The notes: generated from the sequence alone by a model not told the origin. DNA of 64,000 nucleotides from Blepharisma stoltei ATCC 30299 (GCA_965603825.1 CBFDEM010000004.1:949439-1013438); one strand, 5' to 3'. Counted from the first letter of the stretch, positions 11,972 through 23,500 are shown. Numbers and translations: made by a program.

Positions 11972-12856
11972 ATGGGTTTAAAGTTTCTCAATAAAAAAAG
12001 TTGGCATACAGGCAGCTTCCAAAATATTGAAAAGGTATGGATAGCCGAGCAAGAAAACAAGGAACAACAGCGCAAGATGAGGGAACTTCAGCGAAGGCTT
12101 AAAGAAGAAAGACACTATGAAGATCTCAAAAAAATACAAGCAGAAATAGGCTTGATCCCAAAGTCTCATCTGCAAAGGCTAGATTGGATGTATGAAGGCG
12201 GGTCTATAAAAAATACAAGCAGTGAAGAATATTTATTAGGGAAAAAATTTGAAGAGCCTGACCCAGAAGCAGAAAAGCCGGAATGGAGGCCAATTCTTTG
12301 TAAAGAAAGCACAGCAAATTCGAATAATGAAGCGTTTACGAAAGTCCATGAAGATCCTATGTTTGCAATTTTACATGAAGAAAAACGTAGACGAGAAGAT
12401 ATATTAAGTAACCCAATAAAAATGATGCAAATCAAAAAAGAAATCGAAGACATGAAAAAAGGAAAAAAAGAAAAGCACAAAAAACATAAAAAACATAAAA
12501 AACACCACCATAAAGATTATAAACACAGCAGTGATAGATCTGAATCTACAGAAAGCTCAAGGGCGCACAAGAAATATGGTCTCCAAGGCAAAGAAGTAGA
12601 TATCGGGAAAAATCTATGCCCAGATTGGGAAATGAGAGAAAAGAAAAAGGAGCACTCAAGACATAAAGAAGAAATTATTCCGATGAGTGAAGAAGAAAGA
12701 GAAAGGAAAATTGAAGAAATGAAAAACTGTGGAGAAATGCTGAAAAAGAAAAAAGAAAAAGAATATGAAAAACTTGATGAAGGAAAAAGAAACCATAGAC
12801 CGAAATTTATTGAGAAAACTGGAAGAGATGCAGTTGAAACCCTGAAGAGGAGATAA
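11972..12856 (+). CDS. CWC25: Pre-mRNA splicing factor CWC25
   Basis: MGLKFLNKKSWHTGSFQNIEKVWIAEQ (Cir_N), RLDWMY, EEYLLGK, EDPMFAI, ILSNPIKM. Confidence 0.92.
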   Translation: MGLKFLNKKSWHTGSFQNIEKVWIAEQENKEQQRKMRELQRRLKEERHYEDLKKIQAEIGLIPKSHLQRLDWMYEGGSIKNTSSEEYLLGKKFEEPDPEAEKPEWRPILCKESTANSNNEAFTKVHEDPMFAILHEEKRRREDILSNPIKMMQIKKEIEDMKKGKKEKHKKHKKHKKHHHKDYKHSSDRSESTESSRAHKKYGLQGKEVDIGKNLCPDWEMREKKKEHSRHKEEIIPMSEEERERKIEEMKNCGEMLKKKKEKEYEKLDEGKRNHRPKFIEKTGRDAVETLKRR

Positions 12857-12909
12857 AATAATAAAACTAATATGTTTTGCTGGATTTTTGGATTAAAAGA
12901 TAATAAAAA

Positions 12910-13206
12910 ATGAAAATTCCAACTATGAAATATTTACAGTGGCACTTTGAAATTGAAAAATATATGCCTTATGTTTGTGGAACGATTTTGTTTGTCAGCG
13001 TTATAGGTGTGATATCTAAAAGAGTAAAAATAACCAAGCTAGGTTTCTGAATTTTAGTTTTAGCGAACATTCTTAACTTGATCCCTATTTATTTAGTCTG
13101 CGATTTAAATGAGAACAAAATGTGCAAGAATTCAATACAGTCTATTTTAATATTATGTCTACTTTTACACGAATACAAAAATATAAATGACTTTTTCAAT
13201 TTGTAA
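12910..13206 (+). CDS. Small hypothetical membrane protein (98 aa)
   Basis: ATG in an A-rich context, one TGA=Trp, 2-3 hydrophobic segments, stop TAA. Absent from the ORF track. Confidence 0.45.
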
Positions 13207-13625
13207 AAATAAATTAGGTCTATTTTTATATGTTATTGCTTGATGAAGTCTTCATTTTATATTTCCTTATATTTTTCATATCTTTTTTGCTGGGTAGAAT
13301 TTTTGCTTTTATTGATTTCTGCTTTAAGGAGTTTTATAGTATTTTTGAAATTTAATGAGGATTCAGCTCAAAATTTCTTTAAATTTTTATTGATAATTTT
13401 GATAGGCTCCAATTGATATTTTTCGGCGAATTTGAAAGGATCTTGCTATTGAAATGGCCAGAGAGATTTAGTAACAGAGCTTTCATTTGTTGGCTTAATT
13501 TTTGTGGTTGTTTTATATTGATTCTTTTCCAGAAAAAAAATTAAATTAAATTAATTTATCATATGCATAATGTCATTAGATATATTAAATAAATTAAAAT
13601 TGATTGCCAAATTATTTATTTGCTT

Positions 13626-14408
13626 TTAAGATTTCCCCTCTTTATTTGTTTCTGACACTTTAGAAGCATTAGAAGAAGGAATATTGAAATATCTGAAATC
13701 AGTCATTATATGGAAAGTAGTGCCCAAATCAAGCATTATATCTCTATATTTAGCTGAAATTATATCTCTAATTGTACCCTGCTTCAACATTGGGAAATTT
13801 TTTAAGCTGCAGGCCTTCTTCATTTGCATTTTCTCAACTTCCATTTTTTCCCTTCTCCTTGTCTCACTTATATGGTTTGCATATTCACTATAAATCTGGT
13901 TAAATTCTTTTTCATACGCCCTATAATCTTCTTCCCTTTCAAAATCCCTTTTTTTCTTTATGCTAAATCCTTTATTTCTTGCATAAACATAAAAATAATT
14001 AATAAATTCATTCCATTGGCCGAGCTTTTCATCAGTTTTTGCGATTTTGTCTTTAGAGATATTTTTCAATGCAGCTTTGGGTTTTGGGAAAAATTTTGGA
14101 ATCATGGAAAGCCTGTTAAATGAGAGGTCAAAATTAACGTCAGTTTGATACTGTTTTTGTTCTTCTGTAGGCCTCTTCCTTAATTCGTCTATTATTGCGT
14201 TGCTTTCTGACATTGTGAACCTTAAAAGTCGGACTTCGAGAACTGGGTTTGATTTTATAGTCTCTCTCCACGCGAAACAAACGCATTGACAGCTATAAAG
14301 GTCTTCTCCTTCAAGATATGCAAGAATTAGCATGAAAATGTCTTTATTACCGAAAATTGGATGATCAAGCTGCATTCTTGCGAGGTATTTGTTGAATAGG
14401 CTGAGCAT
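13626..14408 (-). CDS. F-box protein
   Basis: DIFMLILAYLEGEDLYSCQCVCFAWRETI matches the F-box pattern. Confidence 0.75.
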   Translation of the reverse strand: MLSLFNKYLARMQLDHPIFGNKDIFMLILAYLEGEDLYSCQCVCFAWRETIKSNPVLEVRLLRFTMSESNAIIDELRKRPTEEQKQYQTDVNFDLSFNRLSMIPKFFPKPKAALKNISKDKIAKTDEKLGQWNEFINYFYVYARNKGFSIKKKRDFEREEDYRAYEKEFNQIYSEYANHISETRRREKMEVEKMQMKKACSLKNFPMLKQGTIRDIISAKYRDIMLDLGTTFHIMTDFRYFNIPSSNASKVSETNKEGKS

Positions 14409-14732
14409 TTTTATATATTAAGAAAATATGATGGAATCGAGAAAACCGGATTTATATAGAAAAGATAAGTAATGAGAAAATAATTATTAAAACAGTAAGG
14501 AAAGGATTAATTGATTTTATTAAGTTTAAGAAATGATATTAACTAGCAGTCTTGGTTGAAAATTTCCCCCTGATATGATTTCCTCAGCATTTTTAAAATG
14601 AGTCTTTTTCTATTAATATTTTATTCGGAATATAATAATCTTTTTTAGTATTAAGCTTATATTATAATAAACCAAATATAGTAGCTATTTCACAAGATAA
14701 AAATTTTTTGACTTAAAATTTAATTATGTTAT

Positions 14733-15206
14733 TTAATTAATAGAAATGGCTTTTCTTTCAATTTTACATATAAACCTTCCTTTAACTCTTGGCCTGTTTT
14801 CTGCTACATATTTTCTGCAGGCGTAGTTTATCTTTTTACCCCAATTCCTCAGCTGCTTTTTCGCTTTGTATTTAGCTATTTTCTGTTGTCGTAGCTCAAG
14901 TGGTATTTTTGGCATTCTTCATTGGTTTTCTCGCTTTTTAAGGCTTCTCTCTATGATTTTGCATTCTCCATCGCCAGGCTCTATGTTTTGCAAATTATTT
15001 TTGCAGTTAATCGGACTTTTTAAGTCTTGAAAAAATTCAGTTTCAAAAATTGATAAATCTGATAACTCCATTGGTAGAAAATCTACCCCGAGTCTTAAAT
15101 AAGATACTACTACTGTGCCCCTATAAGAGTTTTCTTCTTTCATGATTGCACTGTCCAAAATTTGGCATAAAGCTTGGTTCTCGTAATCGAAATTCTCAAA
15201 AATCAT
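14733..15206 (-). CDS. CCT-motif (CONSTANS/CO-like/TOC1) protein
   Basis: Two ORFs are joined by TGA at 14919. C-terminal RQQKIAKYKAKKQLRNWGKKINYACRKYVAENRPRVKGRF. Confidence 0.85.
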
Positions 15207-16020
15207 TTATAAAGAAAGCTTCATTTTTACAGAAAAATCATTAGGTTAAGATGGGAAATAAAGAATTAATGAAATCGAAATCAGCTTGCCGCTAGCATTT
15301 TCTTGAAGAATGCATAATGAATAGAGAAAGAACTTATTCATTAAATCTTGCTAATTCCAGAGGTTTATATAATTTTATGTCACTTTACTTTAAAAAATGA
15401 TTTTTTAGCCCTTAGACAAACATGAGGAGGGGTCAATTTAAAGCGATAAAACATGGAATGAGGTTTTGTGGCAAGACTGGCCGAAATTTACTTAGTATGA
15501 TTCTTTGACCTAGTTCTTTGCTAACTTAAAATACCCTTTTGCTTAAAAAACTTTCATTTTTTTCGCTTTTCAAAGTCTTTGGCACCAAAAACTATAATAA
15601 ATATTTATTAATAGCTCAATTTACAAGGCAAAAATATAAGGGTATGAAATTCTTAGGAATAGAGAAATGAATCAAAGTTAAATTCAAGAACTTATAAAAT
15701 CGGATATGTTGAAAATTGATTTAAAGATATTGCATAGGGATTTCAGAACGGCTTCGATAAATCTCTTTATGTTACTAAGATTCAATGCTATAGCTCCGCT
15801 TAGGTCAAATTATGATTCGCAAACAAAGATTATTAAAAATGATCATAATTCGTTTTTGGGATTTATTAGACTTTAATCAAGTTATCTAGTCTTATAGCTT
15901 AGCAAGCAAGACCTACTAATTTTAATACTTAAAATCTTTAAAAAATAGCCAAAATATCAAAATAAATTATTTTAAGCTTGTTAATTTTTTTCAATAGACT
16001 TGAAATTAAATTTTAACTTA

Positions 16021-16797
16021 TTAAGCTTCTTCTTTCTGCTCTAAAGTTGCCTCAGTTATTTGAGTAGACCCGTCACTCATTTCCCAGTACTTTTTCACTT
16101 TTTTCACTGTTTTCCCTCCTTCAGTTTCAGTTCTAATCTCACAAGTCAGCTTAACAGCTCCATCAAGCCATTCTTCAACTTCTGCGACAGGCTTAAGATC
16201 TCCTTCAGGGACTTCGACATGCTCTAATTCGTCTTTATCTTTAAATCCTCCAGCTAAGACCAAGCTAATCACAGTCTTATATTCAGTATGAGGAGCAGCG
16301 CCAATACCTACCTTATTGAATCTTGGATTAAGAAGCGCATTTCTGTGAGGACGAGTTGACAGCCCATCGTCAATTAAGAAAGTGCAGACTGTTTCAAAAG
16401 CATCGACTGAGCCATAATCAAGAGCTTCAGCTATGCATTCACTCCAGCGACCAAAATATTCTAAGCGATCTTGAAGAGTATTCTCTTTTGAACCAATATG
16501 GCCTACAATTCCTAATGAGCCAGTGTCATTACAGTGAGCTTGAGCTGCTCTGCCAAGACCTTCTGACCAGGTTAAAGCTTGGATTGGCTCAGCTGCCCGC
16601 AAAGCTTGAATTGCCTCAAGAGCAGCATTAATACCTTCACGTGTTACAATAGGAACCGCGCCTGGGCGATGTTTGGCGTTGTTGGATTTATATTGATTTA
16701 GCGTGCTTTCTAGGCTATCTGCAAACCCATGAGGGTTTGTGCGAGCTTGGTTGACTTCGTGAAAAATTTCCTGGATAAGTTCTGCGTAGGTTGGCAT
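16021..16797 (-). CDS. CAP/SCP-domain protein
   Basis: EVNQAR..LTWSEGLGRAAQAHCND..GHIG..IDDG...RPHRNALLNPRFNKVGIG. Confidence 0.88.
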   Translation of the reverse strand: MPTYAELIQEIFHEVNQARTNPHGFADSLESTLNQYKSNNAKHRPGAVPIVTREGINAALEAIQALRAAEPIQALTWSEGLGRAAQAHCNDTGSLGIVGHIGSKENTLQDRLEYFGRWSECIAEALDYGSVDAFETVCTFLIDDGLSTRPHRNALLNPRFNKVGIGAAPHTEYKTVISLVLAGGFKDKDELEHVEVPEGDLKPVAEVEEWLDGAVKLTCEIRTETEGGKTVKKVKKYWEMSDGSTQITEATLEQKEEA

Positions 16798-17056
16798 GCC
16801 AAAATAATTCTAATTAATGGTGAATTTTGATGTTTGGAATTTGAATTATTAAATATAAAGTCAAGACACTTATAAAGCAAATAATCTAAATTTTGATTGA
16901 TAAGGTTCAGAATATTTAAATTATTTTCACCCTTTATTAGGAATATGGCCGTTTATTTTGAAAATATTTTAAACATGCTAATTGGCGAAAATCATGAATT
17001 TTGGATATGCTAAAGGATATTTGGTTTTGGTAAATTTAGTTATTATATATTTATGG

Positions 17057-17860
17057 TTAACAAAAATTACTAGAAGATCCTGAGCTTCGTCTTGAGTGGT
17101 CTTTTCTCTCCCCAAAACGAATTTGTCCTCTTTGTGCTAGGATTGCAATCGACCTTTGGCTTTCCTCAATCGCCCTCAGCATCATATTTTGCTTTTCTCC
17201 CATTTCTCTAACCAAAGAAGCTAATGATTCATAATTCATAGACTGAGTCGAATCTATTGTACTTTCATAACTCATCCTTGACGGTGGCCTATTTTTCCCC
17301 TCATTTTGCTTAGTAATCTGTGAAATAAAAATATCGACTTCATCTTTTAACTGAAGCCTTTGAGGTGTTGGAGGTCTTCCACTGTTAATTTTTGCCTGTG
17401 TACAGTCTGTATCATTTTTTAATGCATTTAAAATTCGATTCCTTGGGCCAATTGGTATATTAAGGTCTATTAGATCTTCTTTGGACAGCAATGGTAAATT
17501 TTCTATCGTAATTTCATTGTCATTGAATACAGAAATATATTCTTCTAAACCCAAGTTTTTTAAAAAATTATCAACGGATTTGTAGCCTTCATTAATTTCG
17601 TGAGTTTTAATGGGATTTTCAAAATAATTGTCTGAAATGTTTTCTTTTGAGCTGCTTGGCCTATTTCTTGTGCATTTACTTGAGGTTGGCTTATTTTTGG
17701 ACAATACAGAATTTGCTAAGAAAAGGTTTGTGTTAGAAATGCGAGAAACGATGCTTTCAGCTCTTTCTTTCATTTGTATAAGTTTTGCTTCATGAGGGGA
17801 AGTTGACAGCTGCCTATTTTCTAGTGGTCTCGATCTTGACCTGAGTCCGTTAAAAGACAT
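17057..17860 (-). CDS. SAM-domain protein
   Basis: VDNFLKNLGLEEYISVFNDNEITIENLPLLSKEDLIDLNIPIGPRNRILNAL. Confidence 0.85.
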   Translation of the reverse strand: MSFNGLRSRSRPLENRQLSTSPHEAKLIQMKERAESIVSRISNTNLFLANSVLSKNKPTSSKCTRNRPSSSKENISDNYFENPIKTHEINEGYKSVDNFLKNLGLEEYISVFNDNEITIENLPLLSKEDLIDLNIPIGPRNRILNALKNDTDCTQAKINSGRPPTPQRLQLKDEVDIFISQITKQNEGKNRPPSRMSYESTIDSTQSMNYESLASLVREMGEKQNMMLRAIEESQRSIAILAQRGQIRFGERKDHSRRSSGSSSNFC

Positions 17861-18355
17861 ATAAATAATGTTATGATAAAATCAAATAAAACAGAAAAAG
17901 ATTTTTAAATAAGATTATTTAGCCAGCATAAAATAAAAATATATTAATTCAAAGTTCTAATATATTAAATTGCAAAAACAGATATAATCTTTTCAAGCAA
18001 TTGCTAGATATCTCTAAATTTTATATTTAGATTAAAAATTTAGTAATCTTAAGGAAATTCTTTATGAAAAAATTATAGCTAAATAGCAAGAGATTTTATA
18101 TTTTATTCTCAAACTTTATTAGGCTTTGCTTTAATATGAAATATAATAAAATAAATATCACAGTTTTCAAGTATCTATTAAAATCACTCAAAGACTATAA
18201 AATTGCTATTAGTTTCTTAAAAAATCAAAAGCTGAAAAATCACTGGTCGACTAAAATTAATATCACAGAGCTCAAACGCCTTCATTATTTATATTCTTTT
18301 TATATCAAAGCTAATTTTTAAGGCATCTCTATTTGTATTTATTAAGAATTAAAAT

Positions 18356-18985
18356 ATGTTGGGACGATTTTCAATGCCAATTCTCAAGAGGTTCTATGTA
18401 AAGCCTCGTGAAGTCGCACGATTAACTCAAATGAAAATGATTTGGGAAATTCCTTCCCTCATAAACTTAAAACAGCATAAAGAATTCCTTCTCGCCAACG
18501 AGCATCAGCTGCCTCCTCATATCATTGCTTTCGATCTTGGCACAATCGCCTATCTAGACTGCCCAAGGGACGAGCATTGGCCTGAAATTGTGCAGCTGCT
18601 TAAGCGACACATAAAAACATTTGATAGAAACGTCGCCAACATGCTTGGACTTATAGGGAAATCTATGGGAGACCTTGAAGAGGCTAATGAAGAATTCTGG
18701 GAAATAATGGAAACCAAGCTTGTAAAAGAAAATTTAAGCAGATATTTGACTGAAGCAGACGCTGCTAATTTAATGCTTAGTTTGTATAAGGTTGGAAGAG
18801 GAAGTGATGAGCTGTGGCAAAGATTGGAAAATGAAGTTTCCATGCATTATTTAGCTTTGAAGCCTGAACTGCTTAAAACTGCGATTTTTGCACTGGAAGT
18901 ATCGAGCAAGGGAAAGAAAGAGACCATTGAGAAACTTAAAGGATACTTGGACGAGTGTGAGCAGCAACTTCAAATAACAGCTTAA
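18356..18985 (+). CDS. Probable mitochondrial helical-repeat (HPR/FASTK-like) protein
   Basis: Arg-rich, acid-free N-terminus (MLGRFSMPILKRFY) and repeated ..EHWPEI.., ..EEFWEIME.., ..DELWQRLE.. units. Confidence 0.55.
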   Translation: MLGRFSMPILKRFYVKPREVARLTQMKMIWEIPSLINLKQHKEFLLANEHQLPPHIIAFDLGTIAYLDCPRDEHWPEIVQLLKRHIKTFDRNVANMLGLIGKSMGDLEEANEEFWEIMETKLVKENLSRYLTEADAANLMLSLYKVGRGSDELWQRLENEVSMHYLALKPELLKTAIFALEVSSKGKKETIEKLKGYLDECEQQLQITA

Positions 18986-19164
18986 TATACCTAGATTTGG
19001 TATTAATTTTAGTCTGAATTGTTATAAATTTTATATCTATATCCTATAAAAATTAGAATGGCATATTTTTGATATTTTAATTAATTTATTTTTATATAAA
19101 ATTTATTGATATTTTGTTCTGATGATCTTATTAAAGTTCTGATAAATAGTTTTATACAAAAATT

Positions 19165-19233
19165 TGCCCACAGAAGGACTTGAACCATCATACCCTACCA
19201 AATGCAGGTGCTCTACCATTGAGCTATATGGGC
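19165..19233 (-). tRNA. tRNA-like gene (Lys-like body) with an aberrant 15-nt anticodon arm; pseudo-tRNA or non-decoding tRNA-like RNA
   Basis: GCCCATA TA GCTC AATGGTA GAGC A CCTGC ATTTG GTAGG GTAT GATGG TTCAAGT CCTTC TGTGGGC A. Shows a 7-bp acceptor stem, D arm, T arm, A box, B box and a downstream TTTTT. Confidence 0.8.
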
Positions 19234-19371
19234 TATAAACCATTTTTTTTCCAAATATAAAAACACTGCATATTTCTCAAAAAATTACCAAAATTATTTT
19301 GTGCAGTTTTCTATGGCTATAACTCTTTAATTACATATAAAATCATAAAAAAGTCTTTAAACCAATTTTAT

Positions 19372-19665
19372 CTAAACATATTTAGTCTGAAAATTATCAG
19401 GATTTGCTATTTTATTCTTGAGTAGTGATATTTCTTCTTCCAGGATTTTTTTGTTTGCTAGCTCTCTTTCAAGTTCAATTTTATAGTAATTTTCGTCTTT
19501 TGACTCAACTGTCAAAGGCTCATGATCTTCTTCTCCCTGCTTTAACCTTTGATAATGAAGTTCTGTCAGTTTGTGCTTTTTATATTCCACGTATCGCCCA
19601 TAAGCAAACCCACCAAGGGCTGAGAAAATCCAAATAAGAACCCATAAAAGGACTGCAAATTCCAT
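19372..19665 (-). CDS. Small N-terminally anchored coiled-coil protein
   Basis: N-terminal TM helix, basic stop-transfer segment, heptad tail; stop TAG. Confidence 0.6.
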   Translation of the reverse strand: MEFAVLLWVLIWIFSALGGFAYGRYVEYKKHKLTELHYQRLKQGEEDHEPLTVESKDENYYKIELERELANKKILEEEISLLKNKIANPDNFQTKYV

Positions 19666-20603
19666 TATCTGTAATTATATAATTTACTTATCAGCCATTA
19701 ATAAGTCCATTTTTTTTGAATTTCGGCGACAGTATTAATATATTCAAAAACAATAAGATAATTTAAATTGCTAGGATTTAAGCAGAAGTTTTGATATAAT
19801 TGTGAGGCTTATAATATCTCTTTGTATAAATAAAATAAATTATTATTGGAATTGTGAATGTAAGTGATTATTTGAATGTAAAAAGTAAAAGATAGTTAAG
19901 GCTACAGAAATAGATTGAATTTAGAATTTTATGCGAAATATTGGAATCAGTTATTTAAACATAAACGCCATTTTTACTTTTAAATCATTCTGATATAACA
20001 TCAAATCTTTATTAATTATAGAGGATCAAAATTATATAATATTCATATAAGAATTTTTAAAATTTAAGATAAAAGGCATAATACCAAATAATTAATTAAA
20101 TATTAAAAAATTATTCTATATTCGTTTTAAATAAATTTTTTAGAAAAACAAATTTAATTTGTCTTAACTGCAAAATTTGTATTCTTTAATCTTATAAAAA
20201 TCACCTATAATATTTTCCAATATCCACTATTGAATTAATAAAATTCCATATTATTTTTTACTGCTTTTTTTATTTTAATAAAACACGTTTAACTTACCCA
20301 GGCTCCATGCCAATCCTCTATACTCTTTGATTCTCAGCGATAACTTACCAAATTTTTTAAGTCACTGTTACTCAAAAATCTTAAATTTTCTAAAAAAGCC
20401 CAACCATATTTCCCATTGATATCAAAAAATAATCAAAAATCATAACTAAATTACTCACATATATTATCAAAAATCCATAAATCTTATATTTTTTCTCTCA
20501 CAACCCCCTTCATTAATCTTTAAACCCCACTATCTTTCTCCCAACCTTGATTTTTCCAGATTTCTTCTAACGAATTCTGAACTGATTTCAAAGTAATAAA
20601 TAA

Positions 20604-23033
20604 ATGGAAGCTTCATATTCAAGTCAACGAAAGCAAAAATCAATTATATCTTTAACCCAAAGTGAAGAGCATACAGGGAGCACCCAGGCTTCTCACCCTT
20701 CCCTCCTAATTCAAAAAAGCTCAAACTATGTCGGACTTTCTGCAACTCCTGGCAGGATTTCTAAATTTCAGTCCTTCAATACCGATCCACTGTACAGGTT
20801 CCCAACGTCTTCAGCCTCAAAAGACGACGCCACCGTCATTTTAGACAGAAATGAATTTATTTCAGCAGACCTCGTCAACCTAAAGGCTACTTTAATTTTC
20901 CTTCATGAAAAAAGCCCATTTAGGCGAGGAAACGCCAAAGACGTCGTCAATCCTTTGGACACCTCCCAAAGCTCAGTACACGGCGTCCCTAAAAACTCTA
21001 TTAACCTAGGCAGCACCTATTCACAAGCCCTTATGAGTCGAGCTTCGTTACAAAGTGACGTTGAGCCTTTTAATTTGGCTGAAGAAATGGCTAAAGACCA
21101 AGACACATTTTCGATGGAATCTTCTTTTCGGTCCTCAGTCGCTATGAGTGACATCCCAGACAAGCCTGATATTTCTATAAATTCTAAAAATCTTATACTA
21201 CAAATACAAAGAGATTTTCAATGCAAGCAAGAAGACGAACTACACTTGCACTCGATCACACCTGCAAGCTCACTCGCAAATTCTGATGAAAGCGGGGAAC
21301 TAACCCCGATCAGCTTAAGAAGCAGTAGGCCTATTTTTGATACAAAAAGCAGCATTTCGTCTAATAATCAAGATGAATTTTTATTTAATTCCACAAACTT
21401 AGAATTAAGCATGATTGAATGGGAAGAGAAAAGAAAAAGCCGAAATAAAACAATTAATGAAGAAGAAGAAATTGCCAGCTCAGATGAAGCTTATATTACA
21501 GATTTTAAAACTGAAGCTAGCTGCATTGCTGAGCTGGTCCCTGAGCAGGAAGATGAAAACAGCATGTTTCTATTTAAAAGTATTGAAGCTTTAAAAAAAG
21601 CAAAACTCGCAAGATTTTCAGTCGCCGAAAGCGAAATAAGCTCACCGCCTGAAGATGAAGGGTCGATCAGAATAAGTGCTGCTAATCGGCTATTTTTAAA
21701 CGGCCAAACTGCAAGTAAAGCCAAAATGGGGACAGTTTATGATTCTCCACTACAATTCAGACAGCTGCAGCCTAAAATTTTGACTGACTCTATGTCATTT
21801 GCTATGAGCACTTTTCCGGAATCTCAACGAACAGTTATTAATGCCCCTGATATGAATTCGCCACTTATAAGAAAGCTAGTTATATGTGAAGAAAACCCTA
21901 ATACCACCACAGAAATAAAAAATAATAAAGAAATAATTCCTGTCACAATCCAATTTTCTTTTGCTGCTTGTGGATATAATACAGTCCCTATATTAGAATT
22001 TTCGAAATCTGAAGGAAAAAGCAAAGGTGTTATTTTATATGACGATAATAAGCAGCTTTTAAACAGTATTTTTCCGACAAAAATATTAAGAGAGCTAAGC
22101 CATAACCCTGTAAAATTGGTGTCCTGTGGCTTTGAACATTGTGCAGCTGTCACAAGTGATGGAAAAGTTCTAACTTGGGGCTATGGCTCTTCAGGATGCC
22201 TAGGGCATGGAGATACAAATACTTATGTGACGCCTACACTGATTAATTCATTATTCCAAGAAATCATTGTCTATCTTGAATGTGGTGGCTATCACAATGC
22301 AGCTATCACAGAAGATGGCGATGTTTGGGTATGGGGAAGAAATGATGTCCATCAGCTAGGCATAAATTTCTCAAAAACACCCAAAGATGAGATCGGGCAT
22401 GTCGCTTTGCGGCCTATTAAGTTAAAATCCCTCAACGAATTCTGTATAAAAGGAATCGCTTGTGGAGAAGCCCACACCCTTGCATTAGACTCTGACGGAG
22501 TCATCCACATTTTCGGCTGGGCTGAAGACGGACAATTAGGAATTTCCCCTTCAGAGCTTAAAGATGGCATGATGACTACAGAAATTAAAGAAATCCAATC
22601 AATTAAACAAAAAATCACAAAAGTCTCAGCCGGGTCTATTTTTTCTGCTTGTTTAACTGAGTCTGGAGAAGTTTATGTATGGGGAAATGGAGAACAAGGA
22701 CAGCTGGGGCTTGGGAATAATATAAAAAGAGCTGATTTCCCTAGTGTCGTTGCTTCTTTGAAAAATGAAAATGCTATTGATTTAGTCTGTGGGGAAAGTC
22801 ATGTTATATGTGCCACACAAAGTGGAAAAATTTATGGATGGGGACAAGGCATTGTTGGAGATTTTGGGAATGATAAATCGTTTCCAAGAGGGTCTGATAT
22901 TATTTGCTCAGTTCCAAGGCTGCTGAGTGGAGTGGATATTGCGCATAGGTATATAATGAAGAAAAAGGTAAACACAATAGATGATTTGGCTGCGCAATTG
23001 ACTGCAAAACTTTTGAAACTCCAACAGTCTTAG
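20604..23033 (+). CDS. RCC1-repeat protein with a disordered Ser-rich N-terminus
   Basis: Repeated VSCGFEHC/CGGYHNA/ACGEAHT/SAGSIFS/CGESHV and WGxxxxGxLG units. Confidence 0.92.
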   Translation: MEASYSSQRKQKSIISLTQSEEHTGSTQASHPSLLIQKSSNYVGLSATPGRISKFQSFNTDPLYRFPTSSASKDDATVILDRNEFISADLVNLKATLIFLHEKSPFRRGNAKDVVNPLDTSQSSVHGVPKNSINLGSTYSQALMSRASLQSDVEPFNLAEEMAKDQDTFSMESSFRSSVAMSDIPDKPDISINSKNLILQIQRDFQCKQEDELHLHSITPASSLANSDESGELTPISLRSSRPIFDTKSSISSNNQDEFLFNSTNLELSMIEWEEKRKSRNKTINEEEEIASSDEAYITDFKTEASCIAELVPEQEDENSMFLFKSIEALKKAKLARFSVAESEISSPPEDEGSIRISAANRLFLNGQTASKAKMGTVYDSPLQFRQLQPKILTDSMSFAMSTFPESQRTVINAPDMNSPLIRKLVICEENPNTTTEIKNNKEIIPVTIQFSFAACGYNTVPILEFSKSEGKSKGVILYDDNKQLLNSIFPTKILRELSHNPVKLVSCGFEHCAAVTSDGKVLTWGYGSSGCLGHGDTNTYVTPTLINSLFQEIIVYLECGGYHNAAITEDGDVWVWGRNDVHQLGINFSKTPKDEIGHVALRPIKLKSLNEFCIKGIACGEAHTLALDSDGVIHIFGWAEDGQLGISPSELKDGMMTTEIKEIQSIKQKITKVSAGSIFSACLTESGEVYVWGNGEQGQLGLGNNIKRADFPSVVASLKNENAIDLVCGESHVICATQSGKIYGWGQGIVGDFGNDKSFPRGSDIICSVPRLLSGVDIAHRYIMKKKVNTIDDLAAQLTAKLLKLQQS

Positions 23034-23500
23034 TGTAAGTAATATTTTTTAAATTATCAATTTTTTATTTCTGAAATATAAAAGAGACTATATAGAAATG
23101 CAATGCTACAAAATTGCTTATAAAAAGTAAAAATAAATAAAAAAAGTGATATGAGGATTCAAAAATAAATTATTTGCACCTATTTTATGATAAATGCAAT
23201 AAAAATTACAATTCTGATGATTTTTTAAAATATATGATAGAAGAAGCTACAGAGTAATAAAATAAATATTGCTTTCTCTAGTAATAAAATATTTAAGTCC
23301 TAAATTACGCATCTTTATGCTGATTGGAAATTAATAGTGATGACATATTAAATTTTGCTCTTGTTTATTTAATACAAAAGTCCTAATCTATTTGATAAAA
23401 GAATTACTTTATTTTACATTCCCTTTATTTCTTTATAATTTTAATCTCTATGCCACAATTTCTGTTTTATGATCTATTTAATGCTTGCAATTCATAATAA

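Noticed and set aside
13225-13530. Coding-looking minus-strand stretch
   Set aside because: It is interrupted by an in-frame TAG with no consensus intron, has no clear start and shows no motif.
18136-18321. Short AT-rich ORFs in spacers (also 41887-42075 and 44884-45066)
   Set aside because: Low-complexity F/L/K/I translations typical of non-coding AT-rich DNA.
19190-19208. CCA triplet on the + strand of the tRNA-like anticodon arm, suggesting a tRNA-Trp(CCA) that reads UGA
   Set aside because: The A box, B box, T-loop and terminator are all on the minus strand. The + strand lacks tRNA consensus bases.
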